A DNA stretch of 35,551 nucleotides. Source: Hydrurus foetidus. Taxonomy: Eukaryota. The translations under genes and the position numbers were made by a program. Position 1 is the stretch's first letter; every line of letters begins with the position of its first letter. The notes beneath the pieces were generated by a model. The model did no database searches, had not been told where the DNA came from, and worked only from the letters and a program-made list of their open reading frames with translations. Of this stretch, positions 11,121-20,865 are shown one piece after another. The stretch covers positions 1 to 35,551 of the forward strand of contig UYFQ01000544.1 in assembly GCA_900617105.1 (NCBI GenBank), written 5' to 3'.

Positions 11121-11481
11121 CCTGACAGAGACACGACGAGCGAGGAGCGCGGACCAGACCCAAGAAAGAAGTGCGGAGTGCAGCGATTTACCCAGTTAGG
11201 AAATTGCCTTCATTGCATTCTTATGTGTGTTACTAAAAAATCTTTTAGCGCGTTTTTAATTCTACTCTCATGAGGATCAGTCAGACCTTATGATACTAAC
11301 ATTACCCTGTGTGTAATAAATTATCTAACGTCACAACTAACACCAACCTCACCATTACCCTACTTCCCTACCCTACAAAATCATGCTATGATACACCACC
11401 TGTGCAACTCCATGTAAACGGAGTATTTTTGAACTACTGCGTTTTCATATCCACATACACCAACCCGACGACTCACGCCAT

Positions 11482-11488
11482 AGGGGTG
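11482..11488 (+). promoter_or_regulatory. Short polypurine-tract-like site before the 3' LTR
   Basis: AGGGGTG immediately upstream of TGTCGG. Confidence 0.45.
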
Positions 11489-11854
11489 TGTCGGAATAAC
11501 TGTGTGATAAGTAACCGTATAAGTTATTACGTATGTACATTTAATGACGTTTCGTACGTCGTGTGCCACGTGGAGGTCGCTACTCCACCGGTCCAAGTTC
11601 TTTTTCCACATCCAGGAACATTAAAAATGAAAGTACACCATGTTTGACTGTGCGGGACAGATCGAATTTCTCGACTGTCTCCATGAACGATGTAAGCTAC
11701 GTTGCATTGTTAATTACTTTAAACTCCAAACCAAACCCACTTTCGCCTTGAGCCCGGGAAAGTGACCAGAAGCCAGGTTGAAGTTGCAGAAGGAGAGCGG
11801 ACCCAGGAAGGATATAGTTGCCCATTCAGTGGAACTAAAGCGTGGACTCCGACG
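11489..11854 (+). repeat. 3' LTR (terminal A read as G)
   Basis: Identical to the 5' LTR except for three A/G differences, including the last base. Confidence 0.95.
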
Positions 11855-11856
11855 CT

Positions 11857-11940
11857 GGAAGTCCATCAAAACTGAATTAAACCGGAAAAGCAAATCACGG
11901 ATACTACCCGGTACTAAATATCATTTGGTACCGGGTAGTA
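11857..11940 (+). repeat. Left TIR with internal palindrome TACTACCCGGTAC-N13-GTACCGGGTAGTA
   Basis: Inverted match to 23435-23505 and 16458-16471. Confidence 0.9.
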
Positions 11941-12038
11941 ATTTGCCGAGGCTCTAATATCGTCTCGGCAACTTAACTCTCTGGTAGCAAATTTGATCCA
12001 GGCAGTAGCAAATTATCCACCACGAAATAATCCTCGAG

Positions 12039-13481
12039 ATGAAGGCTCCAGCCAAAAGAGGTCGGAGTTATACAGCCTCCAACACATCCTACCTTCTCGA
12101 TTTAATCGAGGCAGCTGAGCCTTGCGGCGCCGACGAATGGAATTCTGTTGCGTCAAGTTACAACTCCCATTTCAACGGAGAGAGCCGAAGTGGCGAGGAC
12201 TTGAAAAACAAATTTAAAGCTCTCAAGAACATCAAGAAACCGACAGGTGCCAAATATTTATCCTCATGCGACCGGCATACGATGCTACGTTTCTAAATAA
12301 GCTACAACTTTTTGCGAAGGTGATCCATCTTGTCCTCCTGAGGTTCAGAGAGCCAAGCGATTGCAGAAGGCTATGGAGTCTCGGATGGACGTTCAAACTC
12401 TTGGGGAAGACGATGACGATGACGAAGACGAGCGCAATCCTCAAAGGAACCAGCCAAGGACCCATAATCCTCACGATATTAGTTACAATGCCGAGGACAT
12501 CGTCGAGGATGAAGAAGAGTACATTGATTTCGAAGATATTGCCAATCGAAGAACATTGATTTCGAAGAACATCCCGATATCATTCTTGAAGCTGATATAG
12601 GATCGTTCAGCAATTATTCTAGCCCCGCTCTATCCAATTCTCACTCTATCTCGATCACCAATTCCAACCAAGTCCCTAACACTCCACTACCATCTTCCAG
12701 TCTTCCAAATCCTTCCCAATCTGCAGCATTCCCTGCTAACTCAACATCAATCTATGGTTCCTCTACGTCTAATTCTGGGTCATTTTCCAATTCTAGTCGC
12801 ATGAATACCATCTGTCGTTCTGCCAACCCTGCCATCTCCAGTCTCTCTATTTCCAATACAAACCAACGTCCATCAAACTCTCGATCCCGCCAATCTCAAT
12901 TACAATCTAATTCTAGTAATCCAAATCAACGCTCCATGCCATCTGGATCTTCCATCTCATCTACTACTAATAGATCGGCAAATCCTCAAACTACCAAGAA
13001 GCGTCCTAGTACTGCCCAACCTGTTACAACTCTTCGCACAGGTCTAACGGAGGATCAGCTAAGAGGTATTTCGTCCACCATTCGGGAACGCGGCCCAGCT
13101 CCTGGCGCCAGCGAGACTGTTGCTAAATGTCGAAAGATTGATAACTTGCTGGATCGAGGTAATGATATGCTTTCGGCTTCTGACTCGGGTGGAGACTCTA
13201 TGCTTCAAATGATGCTATTCCAGAGCAACGAGAGAAACATGAGAGCTGATGAATGGAGGCGAGAAGACAGAGAAAGAGAAGACAGAAAAGACGAGAGGAG
13301 AGTAAAAGACGAGCGAGATCGGATTGAAAGGGAGGAGAAAAGGGAGGAAAGGAGAGAAAGAGAAGAGGCTGCCAAACTGGAGAGAGAGGAGCTCCGAAAT
13401 GAGAGACGTGAGAAGGAACAGCGAGATAGGGAAGATCGACGCGAGCAAATGTACCACGCGTCTAAATCTAATAGCAATTAA
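12039..13481 (+). pseudogene. Myb/SANT-like DUF6818-type transposon partner protein with S/N-rich linker and charged coiled-coil tail
   Basis: PCGADEWNSVASSYN...LKNKFKALKNIKKPTG|DPSCPPEVQRAKRLQ joined across a GT-AG intron at 12247-12319. Three 16-bp units at 12521-12568 shift the frame into the 12801-13481 ORF, which has an E/R-rich tail. Confidence 0.75.
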
Positions 13482-13674
13482 ATGATTAAGTGTAACTATC
13501 TTTTTCATTCCTAACTTAATTATGATATGACCTATATTGATTTTTCAATTTTTATTTTTGAAAAATTTCACGATTTTTTTTTTGATTTCTGAAAATTTTT
13601 CTAATTAATCTACGATTTTGTTCCCTTCAAAAAGTTGTAGAAAAGTTTTTATGTGCTCATAAAATTTCAATAAG

Positions 13675-13773
13675 GTGGCTTGTGGTAACTCCTCAATTGA
13701 AATTTCTAAGAAACTGTACATCATAACCAAAAATAAATTCATTCAAACGCTGATCAAATCTATTTTTGTGCTG
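13675..13773 (+). repeat. Left arm of a 99-bp AT-rich inverted repeat flanking the dioxygenase gene
   Basis: gtggcttgtggtaactc...ttcaaacgctgatcaaatctat...tgtgctg aligns colinearly to the reverse complement of 14828-14926. Confidence 0.85.
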
Positions 13774-13907
13774 TCCAAAAAAAGTTGTCGAAGGAAATTA
13801 TAATCTATGTTCCCTAATTAGTCTTCAAATTACTCCCACCCTATCAGGGGTTCGAACCTTGGAAATAAATATTTGCACCTGAGGAGCTTAATTAATTACA
13901 TTTTGCC

Positions 13908-14658
13908 TCAAAAGAAAGCGTGTAGAGTAATTCTTTTATCTGAACGAGCTACAATGTTCACGTGCAAATACAACAAGTTCATTTGAAGTGAGACTCACAG
14001 GTAGTGGCTCGCCTGTTTCTTTGGTAAGAACTAAATTGCCCTCCCCGGTACCATACAGACATAGCACAATTGTGCAAAATGACACATGATCGCGATGTGG
14101 CAATACACCGCTAATAACATCAACACCGTAAAAATTAATGAAGCAAGCACGTGGAAGACCTGATTCGTACAAGTCATCGAAAAGATCTAGTTCAGCAGGT
14201 CGATTAGCCTCCACAAAAGATCTTGCGGTGCGATGCAGAATCCCCCAGATTCCACACTCTTGTGCGGCATCCTTCAAACGCTTAGGAACATTGGTAGGTT
14301 TGAAGTGGTTCCTCAGGTACATGGTTACAACTCCAACCTCTAAGCTTCCCTCAGCCGCTAATTTGCCTTCGTTAATCAATTTTTGAACCTCTATCATGAA
14401 GGCATCCTTCTCCGGGATTTCAACCGCATCTATCCGGTAGATCTCGTAGGCTCCAATCCATCTCTGGAGTGGGAACTGGTACTGGCCGAATCCCATCTGG
14501 CGGACACGTTCCTTCACGAGATTTTCCTTGACTTGAAAAGTAGAACGCACTTGGGAAATTGTCTTCCCATTGTGGAAGTTGCCATCTCCATCAATGAGGT
14601 AGATGAACCTCGCGTTCTGTCTGTCTGTCCAGCTAGACTTTCTTTTCCAATTTAGCAT
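13908..14658 (-). CDS. HTH-like + 2OG-Fe(II) dioxygenase-family protein (C-terminal frameshift)
   Basis: ACFINFY...GVLPHRDHVSFCTIVLCL (HxD), GEGNLVL, VSLTSNELVVF. A shifted frame at ~13965 gives HVNIVARSDKRITLHAFF* (distal His and 2OG-binding Arg strand, stop 13908). N-terminus SWTDRQN...TISQVRSTFQVKENLVKERVRQMG looks HTH-like. Confidence 0.72.
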
Positions 14659-14827
14659 AGTGATGCAAACTTGAACAATTATGGTTGGTTCTCAGTGATT
14701 GAATTAATTCGTGGTGGAGAACCTCCCTAAAATGTACGTTCGTAACGTACGTTTTTTTTAACCACAAAAAAATGAGGGACAAATTAGTGTACATAGATTA
14801 GGATTTCCTTTCACAAATTTTTGAAGG

Positions 14828-14926
14828 CAGCACAACGATAGATTTGATCAGCGTTTGAAGAAATTTATTTTAAGTTATGACGTGCAGTTTCGTAAAAAAT
14901 CCAATTAATGAGTTACCTCAAGCCAC
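14828..14926 (-). repeat. Right arm of the 99-bp inverted repeat; a third degenerate direct copy at ~14976-15050
   Basis: cagcacaacgatagatttgatcagcgtttgaa...gagttacctcaagccac; partial repeat ggcagcacaaatatagat...ttatttttggttatga. Confidence 0.82.
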
Positions 14927-15184
14927 ATAATGAGTCTTACAGTGACAGAGATGATTATTATTATTTAAATCATTTTCAAGGCAGCACAAATATAGATCAA
15001 ATTAACGTTTGGAAAGTTTTATTTTTGGTTATGATTTGAATTTCCTCAAGAAAATTATCAAATAGAATTATAAGTTGCTCACATCTTTTCACCGGTTCGA
15101 GTCCGCGAAAATCCAGGAGTAGTGCTATGGGTAATCATAAACTTTATAATTTTAATTACTATTCCAATACACTGTGCAAAATTT

Positions 15185-16363
15185 TCATTCATCATGAAAG
15201 TAATTTTTAATTTGGCTAATGCCTGTAGTTCGCACACGAAAATTGTACAATTTATGGGTAACAGTTAATAATCTACCTCTACGTTCTTTATCATAAGATA
15301 GCCGCTTTAAGAGTATACGATAAACTTTGCTTACCGCACCCATACCCCATTCAGCCGACTGACGCATCGATGTTATCGCAGATGAAAGCCGTATAAGAGA
15401 GGGTCTTGCGCCTCGATGAGCTCTCTCTATATCACCAGATTTTAGCGGAGTCATAATTCTGCCGAACATTTCACGGCCGACAGGAAACGCAGAATAGGAT
15501 AGAACCCCATGCCCATCGACATTTTTGATGGGACACGACAATTTTTCACGAAAGGACCTACTAATCTCAGAATCATTCCAACTGCCGAAAAAGTTCAACT
15601 TGGCCCAAATGATCACACCGTCAACAGAAAAACAAGTCGTTCCAGTGACAAACACACAATGTAGCCAACTGTTGTACATTGTGTTTTGAAGGAAAGCTTC
15701 ACCTGGTTCTTGGACATGATAGTTTTTGCCATCGATGAAACCCCATCTTCCTTTCACCAGAGGCTCTTATAGTTTTTTGAAAGTGTCAGTCAAGATAGAA
15801 TTGAGGTTTAGGGGATTTATTAATCTTACCTTTCTCTCTACAAGTAACGCCATACGTATCTGGTCGTCGGTACTAGGCCAGACGACATCTGCCTCCTTTG
15901 TCGCATTCAGCGCCTTCAAGAGCGCTACTTCAGCCTTCAGTAAAGTTCGGCTGAGAGTAGAAGGAGATACTCCAAACATCTCAGACCACGTCTTTCTGTC
16001 AGCAGGACTGCAGTATGAATGCAAAAGCATTGAGAGGACGCAATGATGATCTTTCACACGCGGCGATCGACCCTTCTTGTTGCGACCAGATTTGAACTTG
16101 TAGAAAACTTTGAATCGAGAGACAAGGTAATCGAAGCTAGCCCTCAAAAGAGAAGTCGCTGAGATAAAATCGGAATCTTGTCCTTCCCTGTACATCACGT
16201 ACCACGGAGATTCTTTGACCATCGATAGTAGAGCCCCCGATCGGAGGAATATTCTATCCCTGAGATACAGGCGCAATCTCAGCATGAAAGCGATTATAAG
16301 AGATCTCTTCAGGTGGATTTTCCTTCTCTGATTTCGAAGGACTATATAGAGTTCAGCTATCAT
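15185..16363 (-). pseudogene. PHIS/Pangu-like DDE transposase, one intron (~15829-15764), probable catalytic D->Y change
   Basis: SPWYVMY...SDFISATSL, FGVSPSTLSR (HTH), WGFIDGKN, YNSWLH, GSWNDS, LSYSAFP (family consensus DSAFP), RQSAEWGM, LYNFRVRTTGISQIKNYF. The two ORFs are in the same frame, with donor AAG|GTAAGA. Confidence 0.85.
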
Positions 16364-16471
16364 TTCCTGAAAATTCAGCGAGAATATGACTGCGGTATCG
16401 ATGTTGCTACTGAGAAAACTGCTCGAATTTCGGTGACAGGCAAGAGGAGAAACGAAGATACTACCCGGTAC

Positions 16472-16861
16472 TTGTGAGACGCCGGGAACTTCGTGGACTT
16501 GCGGAATGGGTTCTCTGGATTGGAGACGGCGAGATTCGGTCCCAAGTCATTTTTTCCACTGGATCTAGGATCCATTGTGCGACTCAAGGATTCATAGTGG
16601 GATCTCGAATTGAATTGCACGACTGATTCCAAAGCAGCTGTAGATGCAGATGTAGATGTAGGAAGCCGTTTTCAGTTTCGTGTGTGTGTACTTACACGGT
16701 GTAGGACATTGTCACGTACGCGTTAAAAGAGCATACATTGCACTGCAAATCCTTCAGTTTCTTGCAACTCTACATGCATGTCTCTTGCAGCTAGATTACT
16801 GTAGATAGTAGTCCGTTTTAGCGATTTCGGGTGACGAAGTTTCAAGCTAAAGAGTCTTTTT
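16472..16861 (+). repeat. Split direct repeat A1
   Basis: Near-identical to 22542-22930 (about 3 substitutions and 1 indel seen). Confidence 0.93.
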
Positions 16862-16864
16862 CAA

Positions 16865-18580
16865 ATGACAGTTGTTATGACTACTGGAACTGAAAGTAGC
16901 AGCTCAGCAAAGGCTGCAGCGGCGCTTGTCGCGATGTCGAGTGGGTCAGCAACGTCACTTCCGGAGTATGGCACCCAACCAGATACAGCAATTGAGTCGC
17001 TGAATGCTATTGCACTGTTCGATCCTGATGAGTACGAGGGCGAAGGCCCGTTACGTCTGAGCTTCAACGCTCGCATGCAGCCGTGGAAAGAGATGGGCTC
17101 AAAGTCCTTCTTCATTATACCAGCTCTATCGCCACCAGGAGAGCGCATTCTGAACATGAGCTTCCTGGACAGCTCTTTGGTCCAACTTTGGCAATTGAGA
17201 GGGAAGCCAACGAGCAAAAAGACGTATGCAATGCTCATTGGGGTAGCAGGCAACGGTCAGCTACCAGTCGATGCGCTGCTGCCTGGAGCTCGAATCAGTG
17301 TCGCAACTCCCTCGAGCTTTCTCTCTGTGATAGAAGAGCTAGAAGAGGTAGCCGTGAATTTCGCTTCAGCTCTGAATGCAAGGTCGAAGAGGGTTTATGA
17401 GGCGGAGGTTTTGGAAGCAAATGACGACGAGGTCCACTTGGACAAGAGGATGCGTGGTGGTCTGCAGGACGGGATGGGAGTGCAGAGCCAAGGTGAGAAG
17501 CAGAGCAGTAAGCTAATGCTGATCGATCTAGAAGGGGGGATACACCCTACGCGGGTGAAGAAAGATATGGCGGAGAGGGAGAAGGAGTTAGGGGTGGTGT
17601 TTAGAGTATGTGAAAGGGAGAGGTGGCCATTCATAATGGGGACGGAGTGCATACTTCAAATTGAGGAATACGCCAGAGTCATCGGTGAGCAGTCCATCTC
17701 GAGAGCGAACGAGAGAGACGTCGGTTTCGAGTGCTGCAGTCTACTGGACCGTGTCTGGAGTCTGGGCTTCTCGTCCGACATGCTTCTCCTGAGAAAGCTA
17801 CTGACGGGAGACTTCGGAGGGTCAACGGTGGATGCACTTAACTTGCAGAAGTTCGCAGGGAGGTCAATCAAGATCCCCGTGGAGATGACACCGTGTCCCA
17901 ACCAGAACATGGCTCTTGTCATAGCCTTCAGAAACTTGGATCTAGTACTCTCCGTTTTCTACGGTGCAGCCTTTAGGGGCACTACAACCGCCTTCATAGA
18001 TCAACTGGAAGGTCTCCAACGCCCTATGGAGCTTGCACCATCAGGATTCCTTCTACACTCCGTCGAAATAGTCCTGTCCAAGTACTTCAGGGCACTCCGG
18101 ATGGCAACCACGGTAGCAAATGCGGGCTTGAGAGACATCAGCACACCGGCTATGTGTGCAGACCGACTAAGGGCGGTGCTCAAGGAGTTCTCTAGCACGA
18201 TCGACACTCAGGAGAAGTTGAGTGAGGCCATGGCCTGGTATCAGTTGCGAGAGAGTAGGAACCGGACGAGCAGCATGGTGGTGCTAAAAGCGAAGACGGA
18301 TGCGAAGGCGAAACCAGCGGGGTTTGCGGCGAGCCCTCCAGGCGCCAATTCTGACGCAGTGTGCGGTGAACATTTCGCGGGACAGCTCAAGGTGCAGAAC
18401 CCGAGGACGAACAACACCTTCGCCTGTGCATTTGGGGATGCATGTAGGTATCGTCATGAGGATGTTACGACCTGGACTCAGGCGAAGAAGGCGTCAACAG
18501 CGGCCACCTTAGGACTGCGATTCCGCCAACCCTGCATTGAGGCTCTCGGCAAAGTCAAAAACGGCAAGACCCGCGTATGA
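16865..18580 (+). CDS. ORF1 Gag-like protein with C-terminal CCCH-type zinc finger
   Basis: 571-aa ORF starting 4 nt after A1; C...CAFGDACRYRH motif. Confidence 0.78.
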   Translation: MTVVMTTGTESSSSAKAAAALVAMSSGSATSLPEYGTQPDTAIESLNAIALFDPDEYEGEGPLRLSFNARMQPWKEMGSKSFFIIPALSPPGERILNMSFLDSSLVQLWQLRGKPTSKKTYAMLIGVAGNGQLPVDALLPGARISVATPSSFLSVIEELEEVAVNFASALNARSKRVYEAEVLEANDDEVHLDKRMRGGLQDGMGVQSQGEKQSSKLMLIDLEGGIHPTRVKKDMAEREKELGVVFRVCERERWPFIMGTECILQIEEYARVIGEQSISRANERDVGFECCSLLDRVWSLGFSSDMLLLRKLLTGDFGGSTVDALNLQKFAGRSIKIPVEMTPCPNQNMALVIAFRNLDLVLSVFYGAAFRGTTTAFIDQLEGLQRPMELAPSGFLLHSVEIVLSKYFRALRMATTVANAGLRDISTPAMCADRLRAVLKEFSSTIDTQEKLSEAMAWYQLRESRNRTSSMVVLKAKTDAKAKPAGFAASPPGANSDAVCGEHFAGQLKVQNPRTNNTFACAFGDACRYRHEDVTTWTQAKKASTAATLGLRFRQPCIEALGKVKNGKTRV

Positions 18581-20773
18581 TTGCCTGAGGAGAGCGCTGG
18601 GTCGGACGAGGAGGTCAGTACGACTGATTCCCCGGGGGAGATCGAAGGATCGGGTAAGAAAGTCAAAAAGGACATTACTGCGATCGGCCCTTGCATTCCA
18701 CCGGTGCTGGTGGAGGAGATGATCAAGATGGCAGATTCGTATTTCCCCCAAGGGAATCGACTCCCCCATGCTTTCCTTGAGGCATTGGTGACAGAAGCCG
18801 TCATAGCATCCGACGACCAGTATGGTGTGGATGCTGCGGTAGGTTGGGCCGATGGGTACACTTTCCCGCATGAAATGCTTGAAAGTGATGTACGATGTTT
18901 CCGAGCTGCCCAGCTTGATTTCGTCGCGATGGTCTCACGGAGGTTAAAGCTGCTGTCAAGCGATAGACTCAGCGGTGAAAGGGTCGAGCGTTTGAGGGCT
19001 GACAATCCCGAAAGGGCACTCCTATTTGATCTGGCGGTTGGTATGCGTGTACCACTTCCAACCGGTTTCAAACCGAATGGGTCCCTACCTATCGCAGCAT
19101 TAAGAGGCACTTACCTCAAAGTTAGTTCAGCGGTAAACAAGATGCTTGGAGGGATAGTAGAGCAGAAGCTCGCATTCTTGCTACCAAAAGCGATGGCAGT
19201 GAGTTACATACCTAACCTGCATCTTGGGGCAGCACACTGGACTCCAAAGAAGGGAAAGCCGAGTGGGCGACCAATAGGTGACCTTACGTACGTTACGGGA
19301 ACACCATTGAATAGTGAGGAGACCACGGCAGCAGCAGCTGAGTTCTACGGCGCCATCAAGCATCCAACGATCGCCGAGATGGTAAGGATGATTATGTCGT
19401 TCTGGGAGAAAGCCGTAGCAGCTGATCCAACCGTTCAGTGGAGCAAGCTTCGGTTATGGAAGATGGACCTAAAGGGTGCATATACCTTGTTATCGTTCCG
19501 CCCTGGCGATGCAGGGCTGTTCGGAATGGAAGTGACTGGGGACCTGGTCTACCTACAAATTGCTGGGATCTTCGGCTGGGCATGCACACCAGCAGCATTC
19601 CAGACGGTGACTCGTGCGATCAAGTGGGAGTTGTCCCGCACCCTCAAGAGCGCAGTTGAGATGTATGTCGATGATATCATCGGTGTGTGCTTTGAGGAGG
19701 ACTTAGTAGATGATCTTGCGGTTGCCAGAGAGGTGTGCGTCTCCCTACTCGGGTCCACAGCAGTAGCCGATGACAAGACAGAATGGGGCAGACGACTAGA
19801 TATAATCGGATATACCGTCGATTTGGACTCTAGTAGAGTGACCATATCTAGGAAAAACTTCCTAAACACCCTGTATGGATTCCTCTCAATCAACCTAGAC
19901 CTGCCCATTTCCATGCGTGTAGCGCAGAGACTGGCATCCTGGGGAAGCAGATACGGGTCCATATGCAGAGCCATGCGTCCCTTTAGTGCAGCCCTTCACA
20001 GGATGTCGGCTGGTCGGACGGCCAAGATGTCGAAGTTCACGGTGACTGACGAGGCCAAGCTGGCCATCCGTCTTTGGCGCACGATGCTGGTTCTCGTTCG
20101 CTTTGACGAAGTACGGTATAGCAGACCCATGCGGTCTTATGTGAGGGAAGTACCCACCTATATTGTCGAGTTCGACGCCTCCCTGCATGGAGTAGGCATA
20201 CTGTGGTACAAACGAATGAATAACGCTGAGGTATGCATGGGTGGCAGCGCCATAAGCATTCTTGGTCTGACATTTGGCAACGACTCATCATACCAGAACC
20301 TGTGCGAGTTTATCGGTGCAACGCTCGGAATGATCGGTCTAGTCAAATTAGGAGTCAAAGGTGTTGACGTCACCATGAGAGGTGACAGCGTCTCAGCACT
20401 CACTTGGGTGAGCACAGAAAGATACAGAGGGGCAAATGTCTCGAACGCCTCCATGGTCTTCACTATGCTCTGTATTATGCAGGAGCTTGTCGTGAAAGAG
20501 TCAGTGCATATCTCTGGCACTGACAATTACAAGTGTGATGCACTCTCGCGTCTCGACGAGTCCGGCAAATCTGTTGGGGACGTAATGAGGCGGATCGGTT
20601 TAGGGTGCAGCAGGGAGGTGGACCTACAGAGCTGTCAGCAAGTCCAACACCTCCTTGCGAGCTGTGATCCAGTCATCACTTTCGAATCGGAGAGCGATTT
20701 CGCCCACTACTGGGGGGGCGTTAGGAATGCTTTAGAGGGGTTGGTGAGCGACGGGCAGGGAAAGGGAGAGTAG
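18581..20773 (+). CDS. ORF2 reverse transcriptase / RNase H (DIRS/Ngaro type)
   Basis: RT: KMDLKGAY, IFGW, MYVDD. RH: EFDASL, NLCEF, RGDSVSAL, HISGTDNYKCDALSR. Confidence 0.93.
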   Translation: MPEESAGSDEEVSTTDSPGEIEGSGKKVKKDITAIGPCIPPVLVEEMIKMADSYFPQGNRLPHAFLEALVTEAVIASDDQYGVDAAVGWADGYTFPHEMLESDVRCFRAAQLDFVAMVSRRLKLLSSDRLSGERVERLRADNPERALLFDLAVGMRVPLPTGFKPNGSLPIAALRGTYLKVSSAVNKMLGGIVEQKLAFLLPKAMAVSYIPNLHLGAAHWTPKKGKPSGRPIGDLTYVTGTPLNSEETTAAAAEFYGAIKHPTIAEMVRMIMSFWEKAVAADPTVQWSKLRLWKMDLKGAYTLLSFRPGDAGLFGMEVTGDLVYLQIAGIFGWACTPAAFQTVTRAIKWELSRTLKSAVEMYVDDIIGVCFEEDLVDDLAVAREVCVSLLGSTAVADDKTEWGRRLDIIGYTVDLDSSRVTISRKNFLNTLYGFLSINLDLPISMRVAQRLASWGSRYGSICRAMRPFSAALHRMSAGRTAKMSKFTVTDEAKLAIRLWRTMLVLVRFDEVRYSRPMRSYVREVPTYIVEFDASLHGVGILWYKRMNNAEVCMGGSAISILGLTFGNDSSYQNLCEFIGATLGMIGLVKLGVKGVDVTMRGDSVSALTWVSTERYRGANVSNASMVFTMLCIMQELVVKESVHISGTDNYKCDALSRLDESGKSVGDVMRRIGLGCSREVDLQSCQQVQHLLASCDPVITFESESDFAHYWGGVRNALEGLVSDGQGKGE

Positions 20774-20865
20774 GGAGGTGCGGGAGAGGGGTGTGGGGAG
20801 TGGGGAAAGGGGGAAGGGGGTGTGGTAGGGATGGTTGGAACTAGTGAAGGGAAGCGAAGTCTACA

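Larger units (their letters stand above)
5485..11854 (+). mobile_element. Ty1/copia LTR retrotransposon, near full length, recent
   Basis: Two 366-bp LTRs differing at 3 positions. Domain order gag(CCHC)-PR-IN-RT-RH. 5-bp TSD CTCTC at 5480-5484, with the right copy displaced to 23507-23511 by a later insertion. Confidence 0.96.

Noticed and set aside
10732..11199. 155-aa ORF as an env-like gene
   Set aside because: Low-complexity translation of a C-rich repeat with no TM segment or signal peptide
13205..13508. Antisense S/L/F-rich ORFs
   Set aside because: Shadow of the purine-rich E/R coiled-coil coding sequence on the plus strand
16375..16632. Duplicated small ORFs in the A/B repeats and LTRs (e.g. 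MESVVQFNSR..., MPRGGRYSTG..., MWKKNLDRW...)
   Set aside because: They recur only because the repeats are duplicated; they have non-ATG starts and no coding signal
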